Origin: Nageia nagi
Lineage: Eukaryota > Plantae > Pinophyta
Direction: 5' to 3'
Length of the DNA: 64,000 bases
NCBI GenBank assembly: GCA_050084985.1
Contig: JBITNC010000001.1
Coordinates: 6,634,001 to 6,698,000 of the forward strand
Shown here: piece after piece, positions 37,741 through 51,356 of the stretch
Layout: each line of letters begins with the position of its first letter
How positions within the stretch are numbered: position 1 is the first letter of the stretch
Program-made: the position numbers and the translations under genes
Notes under the pieces: model-generated
The model's database searches: none
What the model was told of the DNA's origin: nothing
The model's input: only the letters and a program-made list of their open reading frames with translations

Positions 37741-39378
37741 GTTTGTTTTGGGCTTCAATTAATTGTTTCTTTATTCTATGTTCTTGTTTGCAGAAGAGTT
37801 TGACTGTAGGATATCACACTTTATTCAGCAAGGAAAAATATTTTACTTAAAAGAAAATTGACAGACTCTGAAAAACAATTCTGGACAATTAGTTTCAACT
37901 GCTGTGGTGTTCATTTGACTATACGTTCTAATTATATTATTTTAGTTGAATCATATGTTCTGTGTGAACAATGTCGGGGCATTTTCAGGTAAATGAATTT
38001 TGTACAATAGCGATTCTTCTCTGCGACATGTAATATTGTTTGCATGGTAAAGTGTGATTTATGGTACTAATTTATAGTTTGCTTTAAGTGATTTAATTAT
38101 TCTTTTCCCTACATAGAGGTTACAACAAAACATTGTGTTGAGGCAGCGACCAAGAGTAGTGAGAACGGGAACATGGTTTTAGATCAAATCATTTGTTATG
38201 ATTTCAGTTGGTGACCTACTATCATGGTATCTATTTATCCCTTGCTTTGTATAGGTGTGTTTCTTATTTTATGTTCCATCAAAAAAAGACCTCAACATGG
38301 TTAAATTGAAGATTTAAGGCAGGTTCTAGCTTTCCTGATCAAAGCTCAAATTTTCTGGATATATAAAGACTTAGACTCCCTTCCCAGCTAAGGTTCAGGT
38401 GCTCTCTTTCTTTGCTTACATTTACATAGTTTTTGCATCTAACCTTGATGTAATCCTTTTGCCTAGCATATTCATATAAGATGCATTTTTTATAAAAGGA
38501 AGAAAGGCGCTGCAAGAGAAAGAAGAATTTTTACTTTCCCACAAATTGTAAACCCATATTTATCACTATAATAATATCATGTAGAAACTTGCCTGATATG
38601 TCATGCATCCTGAATACTTTAGGATTCCAGCACTTAGTATGAGAAAAACACTCTTCATTTGTTGTATGTATACAATGAATAAAACGAGTTTCTTTTCTTC
38701 CCCTTTCAACGATGTAGTTGATATTGTGTTATGTAGTTTAGACTCAGCATCTGGAGTTAACTATATATTCTTCCATGCCTTTAGGTAAAATTGTATTTCA
38801 ATTTCGTTGTGGTAAATGAGAATGGTAGCACTGGTATCAATTATAAAGATGATGCATTTGAGCATTCTAGTACTGCAATCATTTCTTGACAGCACTTTTT
38901 GATTGATTTGATTAGAATATACAATTTTATTTGTTATTCATAAACAGTGGAAGTACTGAAAATGATCCTTATTCTTGAAATGTTTTGATCTTGTACTTAG
39001 TAACAAGAAAGGAAAGCTTTCCTGATTTACTTTTGTCAAATATGAAAGAGTTGATACATTTCTTCATTCGTTTTATGCTTCATCTTTCTTATAGAAACTG
39101 ACTTTGAGGCAAAATGCTGGAGATTAATGACCAATTGTATATATAGTTTTAATTATAGATAAAAATATAATTAAATAGTTACAAACAATGAGTTATGTGG
39201 AGAGTTATTGAGGAGGTCAGGGATTTTAACACAATAAAGGACCTACCTACCAATTGATACAAATATCATAGAAGTTGAGCACTACTTTTAGGACATATCA
39301 GATCATATCCCAGGTTTGGCTGAGGACTTGTTAGATCACATCCTTCTTCTCTTCCAGCAGCAGTTCGTAAATGCAATA

Positions 39379-40538
39379 TGTAAGATCCCAAATACAATCT
39401 CAAGCGCAAATTAGCCAATTAATTATCAAATACAAGAAAATATACACTCACGTCTGGACTAGAGCATCAAAATGTTGCAAATATAAGCCAAGAATGCCAA
39501 CGTCCTATTCAACAAGCCAGAAATACACTCCAATACCCAATGTCATGCTCAAAGAGACAATATTGCATCAAACACACATAATGAAGAGACAAGAATGAGA
39601 TCCAAGTATGCCAGAACCTCAATTAATGATATAATGTGAAGTACAATACGAACTAGGCCCAATAGGGCTCAATGTTGGCCTCCAAGGAGCCAACTAGGGC
39701 ATACGAATATGCAAATGTGATCACTGCTGGAACAATGGATGGGACTACTACACTCCCTCAAGATTTGAATCCTCTCCATTGAAGAAGCTCTCTCCAAACC
39801 TTGGAAACCAACTGAATGGTAGGATTGCAGCCTCGGAATACCATCGGATGGACTAAGATGCTAAACCTTAGCCATAGATTAGCAAGATCCCTCAACTTGG
39901 TAACCCTCCTAGATGATGTACCTAGGGGAAGATTGCTTTATGCTGAACCAAGACTTGTGTCCATTGGATGGTAGGAGAAATGATATCAAATCAGGTATAT
40001 CCATGTAATGATGTTCCAACGCTTAATATAGCTCAAGTCTGGATCTATAATATCACTTTGGAATCATCCATGCCTCTCCTATCCAACGTTAGCCTCCTAG
40101 GGGCCCTCAAATGCCTCAAACATGTCATAAATGCCCATGCGTGGGGTGTAGAGCCTCCCTAAGGTGTGACATGGGCCTCGAAGGGTGATGGGATGCCTCC
40201 AACTCCAACATTGGGGTCCTAGAAGTCCCCCCATGTCATGCGCTGGGTTTCTAGGAGTCATACATGTGCCTATATCCTATTTTCATGTCCATACAAGGCC
40301 TTGGGATTCCCACAATCAATTCTCAAGATCTCCAAGTACATAAAACCAATATTAAATCATGCTCGCCTATTCTTGGGAGGAAGACATCCCACTTGGGGCT
40401 CACAGTGGGATCCAACGGACCTTTATTATTTCTATCCCGAGTATTAACAACTAATGCATAAATAAATAAATAAATATTTACAAGGGGGAATATGTAGGAT
40501 TCCATAATTAACTATATTTTACAAAAAAGGGTGTTACA
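39379..40538 (-). mobile_element. Solo gypsy LTR copy B (1160 bp)
   Basis: TGTAA...TTACA termini; perfect TSD CAATA (39374-39378, 40539-40543). Confidence 0.93.
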
Positions 40539-40940
40539 CAATATTAGTCTCCTATAATGGGATGTTGCATATTGGGGTCCTTGGATCTTGTAATTTGGCA
40601 TCTCGAGGCAAAGTTAAGACTCCCACAATGGAGTGTTGCATGGCAAAGGGCTATTTGTATGTATTAGATATGATTTTTGTAATCCCAAGGCACATATGAT
40701 GACATCAAGATGCAACATCTCACCATAAGGGTGAATTTGGACCCTCAAATGTGATTATGGTAATCTCAAGGCATCATTAGAATCCTCTAGAAGGGGTGTG
40801 GGACATGAGGGGTCAATGGAGACTATAAAAGGAAGAGTTTTGCACTTCATTAAGTATCGATTGTTTATTGTTATTTTGGTAGGCATGAGCTCTCTCCTTT
40901 ACTCTTGTGCAAGCAAGGGAGGTCTTGGGGTGTAGCATTC

Positions 40941-43900
40941 TGTTGTGCTTGCACAACACACCCTAAAATACAAGATTTTGGGGACTCTATTTTTGCAAAG
41001 GCAATGAGGCACATTGCCTTCTGATTCGCTTAAGCCGATGAATAGTTGATTCTAAAGAGAGCAAAGATGATATCAAGGAGCATATCACGTAGATTGTCTG
41101 TCAAAGACCCTGAAGAGTGTTAGAGCATCCATCACCAATTTTGAAGCCAAGGAGCCAGGATCATAGCGACTTCACTAGGAAACAGGATTTTGGGTCCCGA
41201 ATGAGGCCAATGGAGATGGGGTGGTTTTTCAAAGTTTTGCCAGAGTAGAAATTTGAAGATGCCAAGATGAGAAGGAGATCAAGACAAGCAGTTTTAGGCT
41301 TGGAATTTTTGAAATCCAGCCAAAGATGCAAAAGTTATTCAAAGGAGGGGCTTTTGAACGTTATTTCCTACAAACAACAAAATCACCATGCCAAATGGAT
41401 CGAAAATTTGAAAATCCTCGTATCTTGATGAAAAAATTTGAAATTTTTTTAAGCATGGATGGATGAAGGATGTAAAACCAAACAACATTGCAAGTATAAC
41501 TTTGTGATAATTCCCAAGATTGAGCATTTTACGTCTAGGCATGGATTTTTAGAGGGATTTCAAGGAAAACTAGGGAAATGACACTCCAAACAGCTGACTA
41601 AGGATGGGAAGCTCAAATTTGAACCAAATGTGCAAATAAACCACTTGGTTGAATAGAAATGGCCATTTGGAACAACTTTGGTACCAAGTTTTGGTCCCTT
41701 AAAAAGGTAGGTGTTGGGTTTGAGGAGGATTTATGGATGAAAAAAGTTACAAATGCCCTCCAAAACTGCCGGCTAGGCTAGAGAAGTGCATTTTTGAGCT
41801 AAAATCAAATTTTGAAGACATGGATGAAGGAGAATTGCCATTTCACATCCATCTTTAGTTCAATTTGTTTTTCAAAAAATCAAGTTTGAGCCCCCAAAAA
41901 GCTAGGGGTGGGTTTCTAGGATGGTTTGTGGAGAGAGAAAACTTAGAAATCACCTCCAAGATTGCCGCCTAGGCTGAAGTAGTACATTTTGAGCTAAAAA
42001 CGAAATTTGATCACTTGATTGGATAGAAAATCCCATTTGACACACATCTCTAGTTCTAAATTTTGCCAAAAATGAAATTTTGGGCTTCAAAGAGCTAGGC
42101 ATGGGTTTTTGGGAGGGCATTCCATGGAAAATTTTTAAAAATCATCTCAAAAGTTGCTGCCTAAGCAAAAAAATTCCAATATTTTTCTAAAAAAAAAGAA
42201 ATTTTGAGTATGGATGGAGAAGAGAAAAACTAGTATTTTGGCATTTGAAATTTTCAGAAAACTTCGAAAATTCCTCTTCTAGAGCTAGGCGTGGGTTTTG
42301 GGCATGATTTCTTGACAAGGAAGAAAAAAATTATTTTGTCTTATTCCAATGAGATGTCGACAAGTGGCAAAATCCAATTTTTTTGCAAAAAAATGAAATT
42401 TGGGGAGGATGTGTAGAATGATCACCTAAGTGCATTCCCCTTGAAATTTTTGAAAAAAATGAAAAATAGAAGATTTTGTGGCTAGGTGGCACTTTTAGAG
42501 AGGATTTATTTTTAAAAAAGCTCAAACCACTTTCATCCGCTAATGTGAATAGGGATATTTCGGCGAAAAGTTCAAAACCAATATAAAAAACATGGGTATT
42601 TTGTGAAACACCAAGATAAGCATCTTTAACCTTGGAGGAATTGCCATAAGATCAAGCAACCACACTTACAAGAGAGGTCTTCATCATTCTTCACCAAAAA
42701 CAAGCAAATGGGCTCAAAATCACCATAATGGCTCTGTTGTGCCCACACAACACACCCCAAAATATAAGATTTTGGGGACCCTATTTTTGCAAAGGCAATG
42801 GGTTGCATTGCCTTGAGATTGACTTTGGCAACGGGATAGTTCATTCTGAAGAGTGCAAACATGATATTAGGGAGCGATTAACAGAGATCATGTGACGAAG
42901 ACCTTGAAGAGTATCAAAGTATCCAGCCACCAGTTTTGTAGCCATGGAGGCAGGATCTGAGAGATGTCATCAGAGCATGGATTTTTGGGTCTAGAATGAG
43001 GCTAGTGGAGATGGGGTTGTTTTTAAAGTTTTCCAGAGTTGAAATCAGAAAACATAGGTCAGTAGAGGACATCATTCTAGGCAAGTTTAGGCTTGGAAAT
43101 TTTGGATTTCAACCAAGCATGCAAAAATGGCATCTAGGAGTGGTTTTGCACCTCTTTGATGAACTCAAAAGGCTGAATTTCAGTGCTTAGCTCAAGGAGA
43201 AAAGGTGGAATTTTGGCAAAAGAAGAATCCAAGTGCACAAGTCCATGGAAGAGGTTATTCTAAGCAAGTTTAAGATTCAAAATTTTCGATTTTGAGCAAG
43301 GGGAGGTACACAAATTTCTAGGTGCAGCTTTGCATGCCTTTGCGATCATAAAAGGGCTGCATTTTGGCACCCAGCCATTAGCCATAAAAGTGAATTCGGT
43401 GAAAAATCAAAATTTGAGGATATAGGGGCATGAAGGAGCATATTCTAAGCACATTTAGGTCTTCAAATTTTTAGACCATATAAGATCCCTTTGGGAACTT
43501 TTTAAAATTTTAATAAATTTTAGACCCACCTATGTTTTTCAGATTTTAGACCAAAAAAATCCATTTTTCAGAAAATCTTCTCTAAAATCCTCAAAAGTTT
43601 GCCAAGATCACTCAAATCAATGGTGGAATCCACATTTCAGCGAAAAGGGTACTCAAAGATGGTGAAAAAGATCCAAAGCTGGCTCCAGATCCGAAAGATC
43701 CTTTGTATGAAAGATCCTTTGTAAAAGGATCAATTTTCATGAAAGGAAGAACGTATTCTCCTACCACTTCAAATGTAATTTTGTTTTTAAGTTTGCATTT
43801 CAATTTCATTAGGTTAAAATTAGGGCAGCACCCAAAAGTGAGCTCCAAAAAGTCTATAAATAGACCATAGGGGGTCTTATTTTGGGTTTAGAAGTTCAAG

Positions 43901-44800
43901 TCCTAGAAAAGGCCAATTTTCATGAAAACTGAAAATTTTTGTAATCGAGGAGCAAATTGATGTACTCATGCATAACTCTTTTACAAACATAATACAAGTG
44001 GCTACAAATTGATTGAAAGTGTGTTTTCATCTATTTGAGTGGTGGATTGATCCTTTTAAGAGCAATTTTTGTAATTTGAATGTTTTCGTGCCTTCTCTTT
44101 GAAAACTTTAGAGTTTTAGGAGAGTTTGTTGGAAATTTATTAAAAATGTTTGAATTGTCTTGAGTTGTTGCTAAGCCATTGCTTGCTTGTTAAATGTTTG
44201 GTATTTTGAATTGACTTTACTCTTAAGACATCTTCCTAGACCTTTTGTTCAAAACCATTCACCTTCACTCTCACTTAGTCCATTTGATTGCATCGGTCTT
44301 GCTTGTAGAGCATCGACAGTTAGCTCTGCTTCTCGCTTATTTTTGGAATAATTGGATAACAGTCATTCGTTTCAAAGACTTGATTGAATTGAACAAGGTT
44401 TCTTAACTGATATGAGAGAAAGAAAATTAAGACAATGTTGCATTGTGATTCCCTCTTTGAAATCTAACTAGTATTTCGCTTCATTCTCACTTTTCTTTTC
44501 TTTACTTTTTTCATTTTCTTTAAAACTCATAGCAACTTTCAACTATTGCACAACAAATACCTCAATCCCTATAAAAATGTGTGTTAATAGTTACTACCTC
44601 TACGACACCACTTAGTTGATCCTCAAACAAGACCTACACAATTCAAGCTCGTACTAATGACACGAACTTCCGATAGAAACCTTGGGGTATCATTCCTTAC
44701 AAGAGTTCAGTAACACCTTCTCACCTAATGCTGAATTGCTTTCCCGTCTTGATCATTGCACGGTGATTTGTTGAGTAAGAGGAAAGATTCCTTCCCAACA
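40941..44800 (+). mobile_element. Giant solo LTR (3.86 kb) with a second LTR head at 42735, inserted in an older LTR-like host
   Basis: TGTTG...CAACA termini, TSD CATTC (40936-40940, 44801-44805), TATA CTATAAATAG ~43854, internal ~175-195-bp repeats. Confidence 0.85.
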
Positions 44801-45008
44801 CATTCCCCTTGACTAATATTATTGCTACTTTAAGGCTTGGCATTCCTCAAAAGTCACAGGATTGCTACCTCAGGGTCCGACATTCCCTAGGGTTATCTGA
44901 AGAATGCTATCATCATTGCTGAGGAGTCCTGGAATCCCTCAAGGATTCACTCCACAAATATTGTTGTTGAGATCTCCATCAGGGAGACATCACTAAGGAC
45001 TTAAGGAT

Positions 45009-48000
45009 TGTAATGACCTGAATGCAATCTCAAAATAAAATGATCAATTCCAGCCAAGCAAATGCCCATGTCAGGCCTAGAAGTGTAAATGCAAGCTTAA
45101 ACAACCTCAAGGTGCCAATGTTAGGGTTAGGACATCAATTACAAGCATCAATAGTACAACAATGCCAATGTTTGGCTCATACATGCATAAAGAGACAAAT
45201 ATACCACAACGTTGCAATACTGAAGCATACATACAAGTAATATGAGATTTGAAGGCACAATGTAGTTCCTCAAACTCGATGGATGGATGGGATAGTCTTG
45301 CTCCCTCAGAACCCAAGTCCTCTCTAGCAAAGGAGCCCTCCTTTGATCCTAGAAACCATTGAAGGTAGAAGCGCAACTTCAGAATACCACCTGATGGGCA
45401 AGGTTGCTACACCAATGCCATAGACTAACATGATCCCTCAGCTTGATAGCCCTCCTAGATGCTACACCTAGGGGATTGCTTAGCGCTGCTAAGTCTTCTT
45501 GTCCTTTGGAGAGAATAAGTGTAATAATAATCAAGCATATCCATTAATAAGGCTTCGATGTCCTATTATAACACTTGGCTAGATTTGGATCTCACCTAGG
45601 AATCACTCCCAGCTCCTCTAATCCAATGTTAGCCTCTTGGAGGGCCCAAAATGCCCAACGTGGGTGCCTAGGGGTCAAGCATTGCAACGTGGGGATCCTG
45701 AGTGTCATAAGTGCCGACGTGGGGTCTGAGGTGCCATACATTCCTAACGTGGGTCTATGAGCCATTCTTGGGGGTTGGGTGTCATCATGGGCCAACGTGG
45801 GGGTCTAGGAGTCTCCCCAAAGTTGGCGCATGTACATAAGTGCTCATCCCATTTCTTAAATGCTAAATGGACCTTGGGATTCCCACAATCATGATCGGGA
45901 TCTCCAAGTACACTAAAACTCCTAAACTATGCTTCGAAGGGAGATGTCCCACTTGGGGCTCACAGTGGGGTCCATTGACCCATTAAGTCTTCTATCCCAA
46001 GCAATAACTTAAAAGACAATGCAATAATAAAATATATTACAAAGAGGAATCCGTTGGATCCCATAATTATTTCCAATAATACAAAGGGGATGTCTCAAAG
46101 CCTTCTCTCTCGAATTGGTTGTCCTCAAGCAATGGTGGAAGACTGCAACATATTGTCTTCCAAGAATCCTTCAATCTGGTAGACTGTAACTTGTCATGGT
46201 GGAATGCAACTTCAATATCTTGTCCCCATGATGATAGTCTGGTGCAAGCTACTGACTCTATGTTTCCATGCATTTATAGTGCATATGAAAACTCTGATTT
46301 ACTGTAATTGTCACTCCTCTTTAGTTGTTCAATGGCTGTTCTGAGAAAGCAGAGGAGTATAGTGAAGCCTTCGGCAAGATGTACTTGCAAGAACCTCAAG
46401 TAAATCATGGGTAAGTAAAAACAGATGGAATCTTTGCTTTGTGTATGAGAGCTCAACGTGGAGTTCCAAACTCCCTCAATGGCTAGTGTAAAGCAAGAAA
46501 CCTCCCCATTCGCCAACATGGGGTACCAAGAAGCCTTTAGGCTTATCATCCCACTCCCTATCTCCCTTATACTCTATGCAGGGAATAGAAACTCTCTCAT
46601 GCCCAACATTGAGTATCCAACCTCCCTGGGATTCAATACTGGATGACAAGCCTCCCTGAAGCCTAAGGTGGGGGGTAGAAGCTCCTCAAGGCTTCATGTA
46701 AGATGTCCAACCTCTCCAAAGTTCAACGTGGGGTATTCGGCCTTGCCAAGGCCCAACGTGAGGTGTCCAGCTCCCCCAAGGATCAACGTGAGGTGCCACT
46801 CCAATGTCTGATGTGGGGTATCTAGCCTCTCCAAGGCCCAACGTGAGGTGTCTAGCTCCTCCAAGACCCAACATGGGATGTCCATCCTCCTCATAACCCA
46901 ACGTGAGGTATGTAGCCTCTCTAAGGCCCAACGTGGGAATCTAGTAGTCCCTTAAGCTCTGCATCTCACACTCAAGCTTTTTGATGTGCAATGTAGGGGG
47001 TAGGGGCTTCGTATTGCTCTCCTCCTCATGCCATGACCTTCTCATGCCCAACATGGCCCCATCCTCGGCTTTCTCCTTTTGGCACCACTCAATCACCTCC
47101 ATTCGCTTGTTATCTACCTGTGGACAATCATCGCGAATACCTTGCAGCGTATGAGTCTTACCAAAATGATGTGAGGATGCCCCTTCAAGGCATAAACATA
47201 TAAATTCTCCCTCAGAGTATAGCTTTGCAGCCTCACTCCAAATCTCTCCACTATGTGATCCACAAGTGTGAATTTGCTATTGGCATTGGAAACGTTGAAC
47301 TCTTCAAACCCCTTGGTTTTTTAGGTTCTTCTTTTCTACAAAGCCCTCATCAATGAAGTTGTGAGATGCTTCGGGATCAATCAGGATCATCACATCTTGT
47401 CCACCAGCTTGCCCTACCACCTTCAACGTGAGGTACTTCTTTACCTCATTTGGTGAAGCGATCATGCTCCTAACATGCCCTCTACTCTCGATGCCTCCTG
47501 ATCCAATGTATCCACGCTAAGATCCAAGTTTAAATTATTTGACTCCTCCTTCGAGAATACTTCTATGTAGTGCACTTGTCCCTTGCCTTGGCAACGATGC
47601 TCGGACTTCCAAGTCTTCTTGTAGTAGAAGCACTTGCCTTCCTCCCTTAGCTTCCTCTATGTGGCTGCATCCAACTGGTTCATCTGTTCGAGGTGGGGGG
47701 AAGGGTTTGGCCTTGCTAGGCCCGTCCTTGTCTACGTAGGTCTTCCACATGGTCGGTCCCTTGAACGTCTACCCTCCCTTGAGGGATTTCACTGTTGGCT
47801 CAAGATCATACTCAACCCTAATAGCATCATCAAGGTTCCTAGGAGAGGACACCTTGACCATTCCTTGTAGTGGCTCCATCAAACCCTCGATGAAGAGGAA
47901 AGTTAGTCGTTTATTTGGAATGTGGTGGATCATAACTATGATTTTGTGAAATTTTGATACATACTCATCCACCGTTCCCTGCTGCCTTAATGATGTCAAA

Positions 48001-50273
48001 TCTCGGAAGTAGTCGTTCTTCTTTTTTTGATCAAACCTCTTAACCAACCATCTAGCAAACTCATCAAAGGAGGTGATGAGTGAGTAATCCTGGCTGATTA
48101 CTCCATGTTGCCACCATTCGAGGGCATCACCTTGTGACGTCCCCTTTGCATTATTGTCATTGATTGTGGAATCCAACGGATTCCCCTTTGCAATATATTT
48201 TATTATTTCATTGTGGAATCCAATGGCTCCCTTATTTTTCCAACATCCTCCTCCAAGAATCTTCCTAAGAGTGGATTGGTACCACGTGGTGCTCTATGGG
48301 AGTGGGATCTCATGAATGCATGCTCCTTTCTCTAGCTCTATGATGTGCTCAAATCCTCTTGAGGGTGGCAACCCTCTTTGGCATGTCTCCAAAAACGTCA
48401 TGATACTTGACCAAGATGCATTGGATTGCTTTGGGCTGTGATTCCTTCTCTTGAACATGTGACATAGGGCTCCCTTTGGCTAGAGTGAAGACACAAACGC
48501 ATTCTATTTCCTCCTTCTGGACAATGGTGCTTATCTCCTTAGCCAAAACTATTTGTGTGGTGGCCTCCAGTCTATTGCATGCCGCTTTGGATGTGATTGC
48601 AAACTTCCGTTCGCTCTTCGTCTTCAAATCCAATGGAGTAATTGCATCCTTGATGCTCATTGACAATCCAGATCTAGACGTTGGGGGGTTTGCTAGCTTT
48701 TCTCCTGCAACGTTGGGTTCCCTTATTTCCGTACCCCAAAAGGTCTTGGTATAGCTGAAAAGTGATCTCTTTGAGACTCTTTGGAGGTTCCTTGGTAGTT
48801 TGGGAGTAGAACTTCAATTTTTGGCGATGTTTTATGTGGTGGGGCAGATCTGGGCTCCCACGTCTCTCCTCTATTCTTCCTCATTCTTTCTTTATGCCTT
48901 TCGTTCAAATACCAAAAGAGCTTCTCCCTTTGCTTGAGGAATTAGCTAAGCAAAGATCTTTGATACCACTGTAAAATCCCAAATATTCTAAATGTGGAAA
49001 TCAACCAAGAAAATATCAAATTAATATCAAACTAAGCATCCAGGCATGCTATGAACTGGTCTAGGGCATCCAATATGTCATACAATTAGCCATAAAACCC
49101 AACGATGCATATATCAAGCATAATATATCATTAACAATCCAGGAATTATGATGTCACACCAAGAGGAGTAAAATAGCATCAACACATCACAATATGAGAC
49201 AGTAAGTGGGGATCCAATGTGCCACAGTTGGATTAATGAATAATGATGAGATCAATACAATACCAGGCCTAAGAGGGCTCAACGTTGGCCTTCAAGGAGC
49301 CAACTAGAGCACATTGATGTGCAAGGATGGATACTGCTGTAGAAAAAACTGTAGAACAATCACACTCTACCAAATTTGTGGATGCCACACTGAAGGGCTC
49401 CAGCATAGGCTAGCTCTCGTTGAAGAGATCGAATGTAGTTCCAGAATACCACTGGATGGATTCGAAGGTGCAGATCACTATGGACGCCTCAGGGTAGGGC
49501 AACCTCATAGCACGACCATTCACCTCAACCACTAGTTAGAAGGTTTTCCAGGCCTCCTGGACTCTTCTTGGTCTACATGCCCAAGGGTGCTTGACGCCGC
49601 CAAGACTAGAGTAGTAAAAAGGGAGTTTCAATATCAAATTCAGTATATCTTTGCAATGAAGCTTCAACGCCTTATATAACACATCATTGGATTTGGATCT
49701 CACCTCAAAGTCATCACCCAACCTCCTCAATCCAACGTTAGCCTCCTAAAGGATCCAAAATGTCCAATGTGGGTGCCTATGGATCATTACAAGCCCAACG
49801 TAGGTGTCTAGGGCCTTTACAAGCCCAACATGGGTCCTCATGCTCAACGAAGGTGCTTTGAAGTCATACATGCCACGTGGGGGTTTAGAGGTCATGTGTG
49901 GGTGTCTAGATGTCACCATGGGCCAACGTGGGGGTCTAGAAGTCTCCCCAAGGTTGGCGCATGTATACAAGTGCTCCTAAATCCAATGTTGGGGCTATTA
50001 AGTGATTGTTCATGCTCAAGTGCTATCTAGGTGCTACACAAGTCTTGGGATTCCCATATTTACTATTTAGGATCTCCAAGTGTACAATTAAATAATACTA
50101 ACTCATCCTAAGCTTGGGAGGAAAACATTCTACATGGGGCTCACAACGTGAGTCCAATGGACCATTATATTTCTATCCCAAGTAACTAACAACAAATAAA
50201 TAAATAAAATATTTACTAAAGGGAACCTCTAGGATTCCAAGTTTATTTATTTTTATTCAAAGCGGATGTTACA
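45009..50273 (-). mobile_element. Rearranged non-autonomous Ty3/gypsy element (LTR copies D 48970-50273 and C 45009-46097)
   Basis: PBS TGGTATCA (48961-48968, minus), PPT GAGAGAGAAGG (46101-46111, minus). Retrotrans_gag GDALEWW...LRQQGTVDEYVSKF, protease LIDPEASHNFID, pre-RT DVFGDMP..LPP, integrase C-terminal remnant. No RT/RH/IN core. Flanks AGGAT vs TAAAG do not match. Confidence 0.88.
46600..46940. repeat. 30-bp minisatellite, about 12 units (consensus ~CCCAACGTGAGGTGTCTAGCTCCTCCAAGG)
   Basis: CAACGTG-type cores recur at ~46723, 46753, 46783, 46838, 46868, 46898 and 46928. Confidence 0.85.
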
Positions 50274-50376
50274 TAAAGCATATACTAGTAAATCTATAAA
50301 CTAACATAAGCTAGTAAGGGCTTAGATATCATCCATGGGACCACCAACTACCACTTGGATATAGGCCTTCACATCC

Positions 50377-51356
50377 TCACATTGGCCCTTTGTGCCTTTT
50401 AGGAATTGTGCTTGTAGTTTCCCCATTCACTTGCTTGAAGCCAAGAGGATCTTCAAAGATTATATAGCTTATGTTCAACACTTTTACCTGGTGCTCAACT
50501 CTTTGGACACAGGTTTTCTTCTTTCCCTTGGTATTTTGGTCCTGAATACTCTTCTCGACGTGGAAAGATTGAGATTCCTCCTCTTGGAAGTTGTCAGCCT
50601 TCGTCTTTGAAACTTCCTCATTTGGCACATCCACCATTGCTACCACTGCTATGCCCCTCTTCCTAAGCAAATACTCCTTTGGCATCACTTCTTCTAGCTC
50701 CTCTAGTCTAGACTTCTTCACACATGATTTTTCTTCTAGGTCTAAAATGGCTTCAACAGGGGGTGGCCTGAGAATAACCTTGATTGGATTAGGGACAATC
50801 CCTGGTGGGATTCTTTTGCCACCTTACCGTTTGTGACCAGCTTTGCTGCCTTATCTAGCTCCCTCCTCAAGAAGCAGGGCATATTCATATATTTCTTCCC
50901 TTTTAACATTTTCAAAATAGTGAAATGGAAACTTCACACCCACTGTACCTAAGAATCTAGAGTCAATTATTGCATTATCACCAATGTTACTCTTGGCCAT
51001 GGCTGAGGGACAGACTCCCTTACCACTCCATCTTTTTCTCACCGAGGCATCTCACCATAACCACACAATTTCTTCATTTCCTTAGACAGTGAAAGTTTAT
51101 CATGCCTAGTGGTATCCCCTTTAGCAAGGAGCCCCATCACCTCTTCCAAAAGCTTCAAATCCACCATGACATCACAAACAAAAAACGTAACCTTCCCTAC
51201 TGCCCAAACAAATGCCATCTAACAAGTCAGGTTGAGGTCATATCCATCAAACTTTGACAAGAAAGCCCAGACCCATGCCTTCTGAAGGATGACTTTTACA
51301 TCAACGTCCACCATTAGAGTCATCAGCTTCAAATTCTCACTAGAATCAAAGGCCAT
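50377..51356 (-). pseudogene. Second decayed copy of the unknown TE-associated ORF family
   Basis: VILQKAWVWAFLSKFDGYDLNL..W...LLEEVMGLLAKG, KFPF and HQGL align by eye with IIYRGGLDKFIEACRGSDIRL..W...IVEATGLPNKG, VNF and HQL at 9268-8660. Confidence 0.5.

Noticed and set aside
46600-46940. CRISPR-like regular repeats (also 61293-61447)
   Set aside because: Head-to-tail degenerate units without unique spacers, in eukaryotic TE context with no cas genes.
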